A DNA stretch of 64,000 nt, taken from assembly GCA_008632985.1 (NCBI GenBank), contig QPGO01000042.1, positions 186,001-250,000 on the forward strand, read 5' to 3'. A program made the translations under genes and the position numbers. The notes beneath the pieces were generated by a model, which saw nothing but the letters and a program-made list of their open reading frames with translations, was not told the origin of the DNA and made no database searches. Below, in pieces: positions 37,791-50,615 of the stretch. Numbering within the stretch: position 1 is the stretch's first letter; each line of letters starts with the position of its first letter. This DNA is from Psammoneis japonica (Eukaryota).

Positions 37791-40700
37791 CAAGTGGGAA
37801 AAAAATGCACACATTCACAAGTGTGTTGTTGCGTGTGTCAATCACACCACAATCATGGATGTGCATGAAGGACAGATCAATCACACAGACTTGGTTGGAC
37901 ATCTAAAATTGCAAATGTGATTGACCAAAAATGTTGACAAATGAGACATCAATGTTGGTTGCATTCAGACATTCTGTTGTCATGATTAGATTCTCTGAAT
38001 CGCCTTTGGTTTGCAGAAGCAGCGCAAGTGCATTGGGCTTTTGCGAGCTCTTTCAGAGAAATCCAAAGTTGCAGCACAAAATCCAATCTCACAATTTTGC
38101 TCCATTCATGACTTGATTTGCTTTTGAATTTGCACTCAGCATGGTGCATTGTGTGCACAAACCACAAAATGCAAAAACACAAAAACAAAGCTTTCACCTC
38201 ATGCAGCTGATGCCAAGCCTTCCATCAAGCAGGGGAGAATTGTTCCAGCACCTCTGGATTTAATCTGTGAGCCAAAGTCGCTCAAACTGATGAGTCAGTG
38301 CCTCAATGTGAAGCAATGTTTTTTCCCAAAGACAAGAAGAGTTGCACTCACACAATGATTGCAGAGTGTCACAACAAACAAAGAGTTCTCAAGTGCATCA
38401 AATTTCTCAAGACCTGTCGTCAAATCTTCGTTGGTCAGAACATGATCTGGAAGCAGGCCAGCAGGTGTTCTGTTTGATGCACATGTTGTTGCAGAGAGAT
38501 GCCCTTTGAGTTTTGAGGACAAGGCTGCACAAATGTTGAATCCAAAAAAGACAAAAAAGCCTTCAAAAAATGCCTGAGTTCTTTCTCAAGCCAAGTTGTC
38601 CTAAGGAACTCACTTTGGAGTTGGAAGCAGCATCTGTGAAGTGATCTCAAAAAGCCAAAGACCATGCACAGATCCACAAAATTGCCACTTGGGCTCACTG
38701 GGTGAACAAAGACTTCAAGCATTGTCCTTGCTTTGAGTCGAAGCAGAGTCTGGATGAAGATGAGCTCAAGGACATCATCCTGCAACTTTGTGCCTTGTCA
38801 ATGAAGGAACCAGTCATCCCCACAAGATTTTGAAATCTTGGGCCAAAACTTTGACAAGTTGGTTGATTTTTTGGAATGTCTGGAGGTTGCTGAAGACACA
38901 CTTGACCATGCTTGTGTCAAGTCTGATCCTGGCAGCAAGTCTGGGTCGAAACCAAAAAGTGGGCCCCGCTGTGATTCCAAAAATGGTGACCAATCTAGTG
39001 CCAAGTGTTCTGATTCTAAAAAGTGGGGCAGTTGTTGCAGCAAAAAAAGCCACTCATGACACGGGGTTCAATGCTGGGTTGTTAAAAGACTGGCAAAAAA
39101 ACACTGAGAAAACTTTGAACAAAACCCCAAATGGCAATGTCAAAATTGCACCAATCACATGTGGTCTCATTGCGACACTAAAAATGCCTCTCAAAAAGAA
39201 GAGTGGAGTGTCATGATCACCCAGGATGTCAACAAAACTCCAAAACCAAGTTTCTTGCTGACAAATGACTAAAAGTGCAAGGGCAAAATTCTGATGCTGA
39301 TGTGCTCTCAGCAAAGAAAACGTCAGTTTCAGCAAATGACATGCAGTGATTCTGAAGAGATGCTGGCTCCTGTTGAGGAGTCTTGCACATTGTTGAACAT
39401 CAGAAAGCCTGTGGAAAAAGGCCAAAGCATTTCACACTGGTCCAGTGGTCATTGCTCACATGAACAATGCCTCTTTGAGAAAAGAGAAAAATGAGACTCT
39501 GCACAATCTCTGCACAATCTTCTTGCTTCATGTGGAAATTGAGTGCTTGGAAATCTGCTGCCAAAACTTGAGAAACAAAGGGTGTGCTCTTTGCAGCTGA
39601 CAGTCAATTCAATGTGCAGCTCTTGTCACCTGAATTTGACAAGCACAAGTTGATTGAGAAGATGGTGCATGTGCAAACAGCACCCCTTCTTCTTCATGTC
39701 ATTGTGACGCAAATGTGGGATGCAACCTGGCAAGCAGTCTTGGAATCACACGCAACTTCACATGTGATGAAGTTGAACAGGAAGATGCATCATCCTGCAA
39801 CTTTGTGCCTTGTCAATGAAGGAACCAGTCATCCCCACAAGATTTTGAAATCTTGGGCCAAAACTTTGACAAGTTGGTTGATTTTTTGGAATGTCTGGAG
39901 GTTGCTGAAGACACACTTGACCATGCTTGTGTCAAGTCTGATCCTGGCAGCAAGTCTGGGTTGAAACCAAAAAGTGGGCCCCGCTGTGATTCCAAAAATG
40001 GTGACCAATCTAGTGCCAAGTGTTCTGATTCTAAAAAGTGGGGCAGTTGTTGCAGCAAAAAAAGCCACTCATGACACAGGGTTCAATGCTGGGTTGTTGA
40101 AAGACTGGCAAAAAAACACTGAGAAAACTTTGAACAAAACCCCAAATGGCAATGTTCAAATTGCACCAATCACATGTGGTCTCATTGCGACACTAAAAAT
40201 GCCTCTCAAAAAGAAGAATGGAGTGTCATGATCACCCAGGATGTCAACAAAACTCCAAAACCAAGTTTCTTGCTGACAAATGACTAAAAGCACAAGGGCA
40301 AAATTCTGATGCTGATGTGCTCTCAGCAAAGAAAATGTCAGTTTCAGCAAATGACATGCAAAGATTCTAAAGAGATGCTGGCTCCTGTTGAGGAGTCTTG
40401 CACATTGTTGGACATCAGAAAGCCTGGAAAAAGGCCAAAGCATTTCACACTGGTCCAGTGGTCATTGCTCACATGAATGATGCCTCTTTGGGAAAAGAGA
40501 AAAATGAGACTCTGCACAATCTTCTTGCTTCACGTAGAAATTGAGTGCTCAGAAATCTGCTGCCAAAACTTGGGAAACAAAGGGTGGGCTCTTTGCAGCT
40601 GACAGTCAATTCAATTTGCAGCTCTTGTCACCTGAATTTGCACAAGTTGATTGAGAAGATGGTGCATGTGCAAACAGCACCCCTTCTTCTTCATGTCATT

Positions 40701-42884
40701 GTGACGCAAATGTGGGATGCAACCTGGCAAGCAGTCTTGGAATCACACGCAACTTCACATGTGATGAAGTTGAACAGGAAGATGCTGCTGTGACAATGAA
40801 GAATGTTGATGAGTTCTTTGATGCTGTGCAGATGTCTTTGAGCTGGTTGCCAATCACATTGAAGAGGTTCACACCATCAACAGCTTCAATGACACAGGTT
40901 CAGCAGGATCCTTGGTGCCAACTGTCATGCTGCTGACCTCAATGATGTGACTGCTGCAGCAACACATCTCACCCCAGGAGAACAAAAGCAACTGAACCTT
41001 CTTTTAAAAAGACAAAAAATCTCTTTGATGGTTCCTTGTGCATGTGGAAAGGAAAACTGGTCAATCTTGCATTGAAGTCGGGCACAACTCTGCATCATGC
41101 AAAACAGTTTCCTGCACCACACAAGCCTCTGGTCAACTGCTTGAAAAGAAGTGAAAAGACTCTGCAAGAGAGGAGTCTCAAGAAAAACAAACCACTCTGC
41201 ATGGGCAGCTCTGGCCTTCATTGGCTGAACAGGAGACTGGCATGCTGCACTCCACACCCTTTGCCCAATGTCAAGGATGTGCTGCAGAAACCAGATGGTT
41301 TCATGCACGCAACCTTGCTTGATTTGAACATGGGATGCTCCTGCCATGTTTTGAATTGATGCCGCACGCACACCATTTGTGCTTGATTGTGATGCCATGG
41401 GGCAAACATGAGTGCCACAGACTCCCCATTAGAATGCAGATCCCTGGTTGTTTTTCAAGAAAACACAAACAAACTCATGGCAGGTTTGGAGTTTGTCAAA
41501 ACCTGTGTTGACAATGTGCTGTGCCTGAACAAAAGGTGACTTCAAAGATCATCTCTAAAAACTTGAGGAGACATTCACATGACTTGAATGAGCCAGTCTA
41601 AAGGCCAATGCCAAGAAGTCCTTTTTTGTGCCAAGCCTGATGCAGGCTGTCTGGACTTTCATGTCACCCAGAATGGCATTGCACCAATCCCCCAAGAAAG
41701 TGCAGGAATTTGAAGCAATTGCAGCTCCCAAAATGCACAAAGAACTGCAATGTTTTGTTGGTGTGACAAATTGTTGCTGAGACACGTGGCCTTTGTGATC
41801 TCGTGCACTTTCTCCTCTGGCAAAACTCACCTCAACTGAGGTTGAGTGGCAATGGACAAGCACAGAACAAAAAGCTTTAGAAATGTGAAGTGAGCCACAT
41901 CAAAGGATGTGTTGTTGTCATGCCCAAATTTTAACACACCCTTTGAGATGTGGGCCGATGCAAGCAATTCTCAATTGGAGGCAGTCATGTCACACAACAA
42001 CTGGCCTGTTGCATTCTGCACCTGCAAGCTGAGTGGAGTGCAGATGCAATGCACCACAATGGAAAAAGAACTTCTGCCCACTGTCACAGAAACACGCAAG
42101 AAGTGCTGCAACATCATGCTGTTTGGCCAACAGACAAAAATGTTTGCAGATCACAAATGCCCCACTCATGAGAATTTTGCTGTGGACAGAGTCATGCATT
42201 GGCATCTGACAGTTGAAGAGTGCATTCCTGAAACAGCTCATTTCAAGGGCAAGGCCAATGCCATTGCAAGTGTAATCAGCTGATTTGCAGTGAAAAATGC
42301 TGAACCTGTGAAAAAATGCTCAAGCAAAGAATGCTTGATGCACTCCACACACCTGCAGGGCAGGAGAACAGACATTGCTCAAGAAAGACTCTCAAAGATT
42401 GGAGCAGCCCTGTGCTGAGCCTTGGGCAATGACAATGGTGCACACCAATGGCACAGCACAGATCAAATGCTGTGATGTCTTTGATGCAGTCAACATCCAT
42501 CATCAAATGACGCCATTTGATGAGCAACCCCAACATGCAACCAGGGAGGCAAATGCAGCATGCACAAGCAACAAGTGGAAAGAAATGCACATGTTCACAA
42601 TTGCACGTCATTGCACATGTCAATTGCACCACAATTGTGGAAGCCTGTGAAGGACAGGTTGATCACACAGACTTGATTGGATGCATGAAATTGCAAACAT
42701 GATTGACCAAACATGTTGACAAATGAGATGTCAATGTTGATTGCATCCAGACAATCTGTTGGCTTTCAGTCTGCATGAGCAGTGCAAATGATTTGGGTCT
42801 TTGAGAACTCTTTTGGAGAAACCCAAAATCACAGCACAAACTGATCTCACAATTTTGCACTTTTTGTGATTTGCTCCACTCATG
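37791..42884 (+). mobile_element. Decayed Ty3/Gypsy element bounded by a diverged LTR pair (~37791-38111 and ~42572-42884); integrase apparently deleted
   Basis: RT PLPNVKDVLQKPDGFMHATLLDLNMG and TCVDNVL (from YIDD). RNase H PFEMWADASN..L.AVMS...VAFCTCKL...CTTMEKELL. The flanking direct repeats share e.g. GAAGGACAG...ATCACACAGACTTG.TTGGA and TGATTGACCAAA.ATGTTGACAAATGAGA. Confidence 0.85.
38773..40785. repeat. Near-identical ~1.0 kb direct tandem duplication (38773-39787 / 39788-40785)
   Basis: CATCATCCTGCAACTTTGTGCC starts both copies (offset 1015). Both end GTTGAACAGGAAGATG(C). Duplicated ORF translations appear in the track. Confidence 0.97.
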
Positions 42885-44799
42885 TTTGCACTTGTTCTTC
42901 AAGCATGGTGCACTCCCACAAGTGGGTGTGCAGCAAAACCTGTCAAAGCCAACAGTGATGCTCAGCAGTGCTTGTCAAGAAACCAGCTGCAGCTGCAAAG
43001 AAGAGGACAACACCCCCCTTCCCCCCCACATCTCTTCTTGTTGATCCTGCAACCCTGCCAGTGTCTGTTGTGCACAAGGGCAACATTGCTTGTCTCAAGT
43101 TTGCCTGCATGCTAAAGCTCACTCCACAAACCACAATCACACTGGTGTTCTGCATCACTGTTTTTGTGCCAAAGTGGAGAATTTGCACCACTGGGCAACC
43201 AGCTGACCAGCTCATGCAAAGGGGCTTCCTGTGGTGAAGCTGCTCAGAATGGCCAGAAGGGCTCTCTCATGCATGGGCTGGCAAGCCTCTTTCTTGGTTG
43301 AGAGAGAGCCATGACTTGCTCATCCAGTTTTTTCTTTCAAAACTGGGTCATTGTCTTTTGCATTGTCATCACAGAACTCATTGTGCCATGACCAAACCCT
43401 GTTTTGAAATTTGAACCTCATTTTTGTTCATTTGAAACACAATGATCTCAACAGCTCTTGCAGTTGTCAGACCTCTGTCATTGACAATGCTCATCTTTTG
43501 CTCTCAGTGCTGTTGCCATTGTCCAGCCACTGCTTGAGGTGCAGACTCCAGCCCATTGCAAGAGGGAGCAGCATTGTTGTTGCCAACACATGAGGTGTGC
43601 TCATCTGCAGAAAATCTCTTGGCATTGTCTGGGGAATGTGATGCTGGAGCTGTGCTCTTTTGTGCCCACAACACTGTGCAGCATGCCATGGTCCATGGAG
43701 TTGCCTCTTCCCACACCTCAGCAGCTGACACAATGCTGCTGCTTTTGCTCTGTTTTGGCCATTGCCCTGCTGCTCCAAAATGTCAACAACCCTGTTGTTT
43801 TTCTGCAAGTGTTCCCATCATCAATGCTGCACCAGCATCCTTGCCCTGTGCATCTGCCCCTTTGCGATGGCTGCAACAACAAAGATGCCACACATGGTCA
43901 ACACTGGCCAAACATTCTCTGCAATGTGCTCATCATTCCCTGACCTGGACTCACCCCAAGGCAAGTGGACTTCCATCTCACCTGCCAAGTCTGTCACTGC
44001 AAGAAGTTCAAGAAGGTGAAATCTCCCTCCAACCAATCGGAAAGCACCTTTTCTGTGCACACCTTCTTTGCTCATTCTCTCAAAGAACAAAGCAACAACA
44101 GCCATGCAGACAGATTGAGAGCTCCCACTTCTGTCAACCCCTCTGGCCCAGCCATCCAGCTTTTGAGACAGGGGAATGAGGCTTCACACCCCCCAACCCA
44201 CCCAGTTTCCCAGCACACAAGAGGAATCAAGACCAGGGACATGACAACTTGAATGTTGTTGTGCATCACACAACACAACCACAATGGAGGTCTTTTGTCC
44301 CTGCTGCACATGCCTCAAAGAGTGGCCACATTCTCCTCAACACTTTCTCAGTTTTCAGCTGCCACAAGGAAGAGCGGAGCTCATTGACAAGGTCAAAAGA
44401 TGCGCATCCGATGCTGACGCACAAGGATCATCTCTCTGCTATTTTTTGCCAAAGACTGCCCAAAGATAGCCATTCATACCCTGTAGGAATGCTCGAGGAG
44501 GAGTCTCTACTCACTGTTGTCCTGTCTCTCATGATAAGATGAAAAGAAATCATCTCCAGCAATGGTAAGATTGGTGAAGTGTTGTTTTTCTGGGCACGCC
44601 ACACTAATGTTGATTCTATTCGATTTCGCACCCTCGCATTTAACTAACAATTTATCACATTACGGCCCGCCGAAAAGGAAAGACTAGACTAAAGAATCAT
44701 CTTGTTGTATATATAGACAAATACTAACTACAAATTCTTACCATATAAAATTGGCACAGGTCGCCTAAGATAGGTGCTCTCTAATGCAAAGAACTGTCT

Positions 44800-47279
44800 A
44801 ACCCCGATCCGAACCCCCTTGCTAATCGAAACCAAAAGCCCCTGCCGCAAATGGAGAAACGACAATTTCGTCCCACCACCACTGGTATCCCCGTCCAGTG
44901 GCATCCATTGGATAATGACGAACAGGTGATATGCCCACTGCCTACATGCCCATGTGGTGCTGATCTATAGTAACCTGATTCCAATTAACAATATTTGGAA
45001 ATGCTTCATTGTAAAGCCTGACCAAAGCGTAAAAATCAGCAAATTGCTCCGCGAAATCTTGTCTGCTCACGAGTGTCTGGGCGAAAGCAACAGTTCCACC
45101 ATGTTCAAACACCTTCTTTACCAAAAATACTTGAAACGAGTAACGAGTAGGCGTTGACCACGACATGCTGCCCAATTCCGGCAGCCGGATTGCCAATCAT
45201 TGACTGCAGCAGCAAGAGAAGATGCTTCGGACCATCCTTATAGTCCACTAGCACTAGCCACTCGCGAAAGATCTCCGCAAGGCCCGTTTTCCGTCGCCGA
45301 AAGTTTTTAGAGTTTTCGCCCCAGCAATGAAGAATATCCTCCTGACTATAGTTCTAGTCACGTTCCATGTCAGTCTCACAGGGCCACACGGCAGGAAGAG
45401 ACCTGGAGAATAAGCCAAAGAACGAAGAGATCAGTTCCAGAAGCCGAGTACCTTGGGGTCGAACTTCATGGACACGGCCTAGAATCCCGTTGTTGAGAAG
45501 CATGAGCGCAATATTCGAACACTCGTTTCTGTCTGAGTCTTCGTCAATAGCCCCAATTGGCCAGGTGCATAGCAACACTGTCAATGTCGTATTGAAAGAA
45601 CTCCTAAAACCGAGCACAAAGCTCTTCTTCGTCCGACTGAAGAATGTCATCAATCTCAAATAAAAGAGAGATTCGCACTGACACCAAGAGAGGAGTTTAT
45701 ATGAGGACCCGACAGGCCGGACCGTCACTTCTAGTCTCATATCATGTTCCTTCGTACCGCCGTTGCTCAATGCCTTCACAATGGTATTGCGGGATTGGAG
45801 TAACCTAGTTCGAACATGAGGCCGAGCCAGCAGAGCACGTCGTCATGGTCGACGGGGAAGAGACGGAGGACTGAACTTTGCAAGTCACGAAGCGCACGTC
45901 CAATTGTTCATAGCAATATGCATGGATATGCTTTTCCAGTTCGTCGGAAGGGAGATTCAGCAGAGGACTCGACAAAGCCAACCGGCGAAGTTGTTCGCGC
46001 TCTGCTGCAAAACCCTTGCACGTCTGCTCCAGTCGAGACACATCTTTTCTCGTCAGTAATGTCGACATGATACTAAAGACGCTGCCTTAATCAAACAAGT
46101 AAGAGAGCGAGCCCACAGTTGGAGCATCTCCACAAATTCTGGGCAGGTTCAATAAACTCCAACTCGACGCTCTTCTGTGTAGCCCAAACGCTCTTCCATG
46201 CGTTGATGATCTCCCGGTACTCCTGCAGAGTTTTCTCAGGGGCACTTCCTTCGCCAATCTCAACGTCAAAATAGTGCATGGCTTTCTCCATTGCCATTGT
46301 CGCCTCCTCCATGCGATCAAGTGCTTCTAGAGCATGCGCCCGACGACAAAAAGATTTCGAGCAATTGGGATTGGCACCCAAGGCCTTGTTAGCTTGACGC
46401 AAAGCATTCTCCAACAACCCTTATTTCAAATAAACCATGGAAAGATTGGACTCGATTTTCGCTATTTCATCGGCAAGTTTCGACACAAAATCTTTCCTCC
46501 CACCATTCATCTGCTTGTCCGTCACATCTTCCACCAGCTCAAGGGCTTCTTGATAGAACCTGACCGAATCCTTGAGTCGCTTTGAGCGAAGAGAGTTGGC
46601 AGCCTTCGTTTTGAGCGAAAAAAGTCTCGAGTTTGGCTGCAACAAAGGGGGAAGATCTTGGAGTTCCTTCTACTTTTTTGCAGCTTTTCGAGCAGCGGAG
46701 GCGCGGGTGCCATTCATCTCCTCTTGGACTTCAAACAAACCTTCGACAATCTCGACACACTGACATGATCCAGTCGTGATGGTCTTGAGCCTGCTCTCAA
46801 GCGATTCTCCTTGTTCCAAGGTAATTTCTCGCAGCACCTGGAGCAAAGGAGGACGGCGGTCACCAGCGTTTCGCTCAGGGTTGCCGTAATCCCAATAGAA
46901 CTGGTTCTTTCCCATATCATTGAAGGTTTTCAACGAGGTACCGCTTGCGCAAAAAGATTTTCACCGCTGGTACATCGCGGTTGGCAAATGCATCGACAGC
47001 CAGAGCTCTCAGGTACTTGACGCTTTTTGGATTTGTTCGGACCATATTTAAACGCAGATCCTCTCCCATCATGTTGATGGTATCAATTGCAGCAGCCGCA
47101 ATCTCTTGAATGTTGCTAGACTGGCTAAGCGCATCCATGGGTGCTTTCCAAGCAACGAAGCTGATCGTGCACTGAAACCAAAGCTCATCCTGGTCTTCTT
47201 GTGCTGGACCTCCGTGTCGACAGCCTCGCACCAAAGCTTCGAGTTTCTGAATCAAGTCCTTTTCCTTTTGTTCGGTCAT
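44800..47279 (-). pseudogene. TPR-repeat protein pseudogene with a possible F-box-like segment
   Basis: TPR-like LKTKAANSLRSKRLKDSVRFYQEAL, SNLSMVYLK*G, SKSFCRRAHALEALDRMEEA. In-frame stops AKK*KELQ (~46670), YLK*GLL (~46421) and LFD*GSV (~46087), plus a frameshift at ~46925. Confidence 0.7.
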
Positions 47280-47812
47280 GGTTGGGCAAATTTGTTAGGA
47301 GTTGTCAGATATGATAGCGGTATGCAACGTTGGAGAAGGGGGAGATGTACCGTAAGTAAGAAGTACGGCACTTCTTTGATCCCAGATCGGATGTCATAGA
47401 AAATAATGATGCGATCGATGCGATGAAAAGGCTCACAGCTCACAGACCGTCCGTCCGCCAATAGGGCAATAGTACGCAAAACTGATGAGACGCTGATGAG
47501 AAGAAGACGACGATTAGGTAGGGTAACGATTAGAGATTAACTCCCGTCGCTATCCCGTGCAAAAAGTTCGTCCTTTATAGGCAGTAGAGTAACAGCGAGT
47601 AAGAACAACAACACAGACGTTGAAGATGTCAAAGATACTACAGTAAATTCCTAAAGGTCCATGTTTCATCTCCTACATACAGTATATCAAGCTGTCGACA
47701 ACGCCAAGTGTATCGAGCGAGAGCAAGAAAGGTATGATACACGATGCACAGGTTGGAACACCCTGTGTATAGACCCTCCCTAAAGAGCCTTCGTATGACC
47801 CCACTCGACAGT

Positions 47813-48508
47813 CTAGCACATTTCTTGGCTTTTGCGCACCACCTGTCGGACCTTCTTCTTGAATGCCTCTCGATCGTTTCGCCACATGACAGCTGCGTCC
47901 AAGTTGGCGGGGCTCTCATCATTGGGGTCGCTCAAGATGGAAATAACCGACATGAGAATCTGCTCTACCCCGAGAATCGGCCTCCACCGCTCGTCCGCGC
48001 TCTCCTGTGAATTCATCTCATCCTCGCCCGGTGGATGCAGGATTGAAATGCACACTCTGCCGTCCTCGTAGACATTCGGGTGCCACATCTCCGAAGTAAA
48101 AGTCATCGTTGGAGGCATGTTTGGGAAGTCTGGCGGGAAGACGAGGCGAGCTTTGAAGAAGCCTCCCTCGTAGAGCGTCCCATCTGGCCCCATGACGAGG
48201 ATCTCCCACTCGTAAATGTTGCTGTCATCCGGGAGACCCACAGAAACCAGGTCGATCGGGTTCTTGGCAAGGTCTTTTATCAGAAGAGCACGTGAAATGA
48301 GGCAAGCGCAAAGTAAGCCATACAGTACGTTCGATACAGCGGCAACAAGACGCAAACGTCAATGTGTTGACCGCCAGAGACAAAACATACTCCTCCGTAG
48401 AAATAGTACGAAGTCCTACGTGACTAGAGGGGAATTCAAAGCACCGTCGCATTGGTCAAACTCACCGTTCAGTTGTCGCTTGAGAAGCTCGGTTCCGTAG
48501 TCAGTCAT
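47813..48508 (-). CDS. UBE2G: Ubiquitin-conjugating enzyme E2, UBE2G1/Ubc7/Cdc34 class (intron 48274-48465)
   Basis: Exon 1 MTDYGTELLKRQLN. WHPNVYEDGRVCISILHPPGED...ERWRP carries the acidic-loop insertion. DPNDESPANLDAA. Confidence 0.93.
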
Positions 48509-49274
48509 TGTCTACTTATTATGCGTTAGCAATGCACTCTCGAACAACAGGACAGCAATCGGAGGGATACAACAAGGCAACGAGAAAGACCGCTGTTTCT
48601 CAGCTCTTTCGCCTGTTGAAATGGCGTCCTTCACAAAATTCGATGTCTGTCGAAATCACGTTGCGCGTTTTCGCGCGATATCATTATATGCTCTTCATAT
48701 TTGTACAAAGTAAATGACTGCCCTCGCCTTAAATGAGCTTCTACGCAGCTTGTGGTACAGATTGTACGTGCGTTCAATCGTTCGCAATGTTCTTCATGAT
48801 GTGCGTGTTGAAGGCACGAGTGGTCCCGAGCCGCGGCGTCCACGACCGTCCAAACGTAAAACGTAAACACACGACACGACACAAAAAGCAACAAAAACAA
48901 CAACAACAACAAAACATACCGCAGCATTGCATCCTTACCAAGGAAGCAACTAGACCACAAACTACCTTACTTGCACATTCCGTTGCAACTACAAGTATTC
49001 TTATAAGGTTCCAGTAGAGCTGTGAACCTTCTTACAGCACACCACAGTCAAAGCACCATTCTCGTGTTTTCCAGAACGCCCGCTGCAGCCACGGATTCGT
49101 CCAGTTGCTGTACCATAACCATTCGAGAACCAAATCGTATAAAACCTCTTTCACCGACGCAGCAGTGTCGGAATTTGGCATCATTCTGTCTCCAGCAGCA
49201 CTTCCCCATATTTGGAACAACTGGCGAGTTGCCTACGAGATAAAAAGTAAGTAGCATAAGAAGAATCAGAAACC

Positions 49275-50615
49275 ATGGCGCGTCCTGGAGGAACCATTGT
49301 CAACATTTCCGGATTGAATCCGGTGGATGACCCGGAGTATCGATACAAAATGCCCTGCGTTTATGGAAAGATTGAGGGCCGCGGAAACGGGATCAAGACG
49401 GTCATCCCAAACATTTCGGAAGTGGCTCTCAGTCTTCATCGTCAGCCCGGTGAAGTCAACAAGTTCTTTGGATGCGAACTCGGAGCTCAAACGACCTACA
49501 ACGCTGACACGGATCGTGCGGTCGTCAACGGGGCGCACACGGATGCTGTGCTGCAGAACTTGATTCACCGATACGTGGAAGTCTTTGTGCTCTGCCCCAA
49601 CTGTGGTCTCCCGGAAACGGACTACAAGATCAAGAGCGAGATTATCTACCACAAGTGTGCTGCTTGTGGATCAAAGGAGATGGTAGATATGCGCCACAAA
49701 CTCTGTACCTACATTCTCGCTCAGCATAAAAAGGCAAAGAAAGAGGCCAAGTCGAGTGACAAGAAGGGAAAGAAGGACAAGGACGACAAGAAGAAGAAGA
49801 AAAAGGAGGGAAGCGACGACGAGAAAAAGGACAAGAAAAAGAAAGACAAGAAGAAGGACAAGAAGAAAAAGGAAAAGAAGGACAAGTCGAAAGATGATTA
49901 TTTAGAGGACGCTGTGTCTGAAAAGAAGTCTGAAGAATTCGATGACGCAGACGACGTGTCGGTTGGATCGCATGTGGATGATGCGGATGCCTTGGGTACG
50001 TTTTGTATAGTGCAGAGAAACGCATTCAATTGAGTCCATTCATGTTGCCAATAAGAGCATTGGTACTCTTTCCCGTTTTGGTTTCATCTTTGCTGTTTCT
50101 CACCTGCTTGCTCCTTTCCATACTCAGCTCTTGCTGTTGAAGCCACACGCAAGTATCTTCAGGATCATCCTGATGCCGGCGCTGAAGAAATTGCTGAACT
50201 TGTTACGAACCAACAGCATGCCTCAGCTCTTAAATCCCATGATAAGGTTCACATTATCACGCAGGCCGCTATTACTTCCAACTTCTTCAAGGAGAAGGAA
50301 ATCGAAAAGTATGCTCCGGCCATTTCAGAAGTGACGAATGGCAACTGCATCATGGAAAGGCATCTTATTGCTGCGCTTGAGGGGCTGTGCGTCTCGAAAC
50401 CCAAGAACTTCCCTGTCATGCTCAAGCAGATGTATGACGAGGATGCATTGGAGGAGGACAATATCCTTGAATGGGCTGGAGAGGGAAGGAGTGCATACAC
50501 GTTGGACGCCGTCGATGAGGAGACCAGAGCTGTTCTCCGCGGCGAGGCTGAGCCGGTGGTGGTCTGGCTACAGGAGGCGGACAGTGACGACGACGATGAT
50601 GATTCTTCAGAGTAA
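49275..50615 (+). CDS. eIF5: Translation initiation factor eIF5 (intron 49996-50127)
   Basis: DPEYRYKMP...KIEGRGNGIKTVIPN, KFFGCELGAQT, CPNCGLPET..CAACG zinc finger, K/D-rich linker, W2 domain ending WLQEADSDDDD. Confidence 0.96.

Noticed and set aside
14749..44420. Numerous short Cys/His/Gln-rich ORFs in all six frames
   Set aside because: Artefacts of TAA/TAG loss and TG/CA enrichment, not genes.
14749..44420. Classical fungal RIP or an alternative genetic code
   Set aside because: RIP increases TpA, whereas here it is lost. Flanking genes use the standard code, and the elements are frameshifted relics.
14749..44420. ADAR-like RNA hyper-editing of retroelement genomes as the sole cause
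   Set aside because: That would be strand-biased and limited to retroelements. Both TA->TG and TA->CA occur within single elements, and a DNA transposon is affected too.
14730..44420. Centromere assignment for the TE block
   Set aside because: No direct sequence evidence. It would need CENH3 ChIP or Hi-C.
48900..49274. Autoregulatory uORF in the eIF5 leader
   Set aside because: No ATG seen on the + strand in the ~370 bp before the start, and the TSS is unknown.
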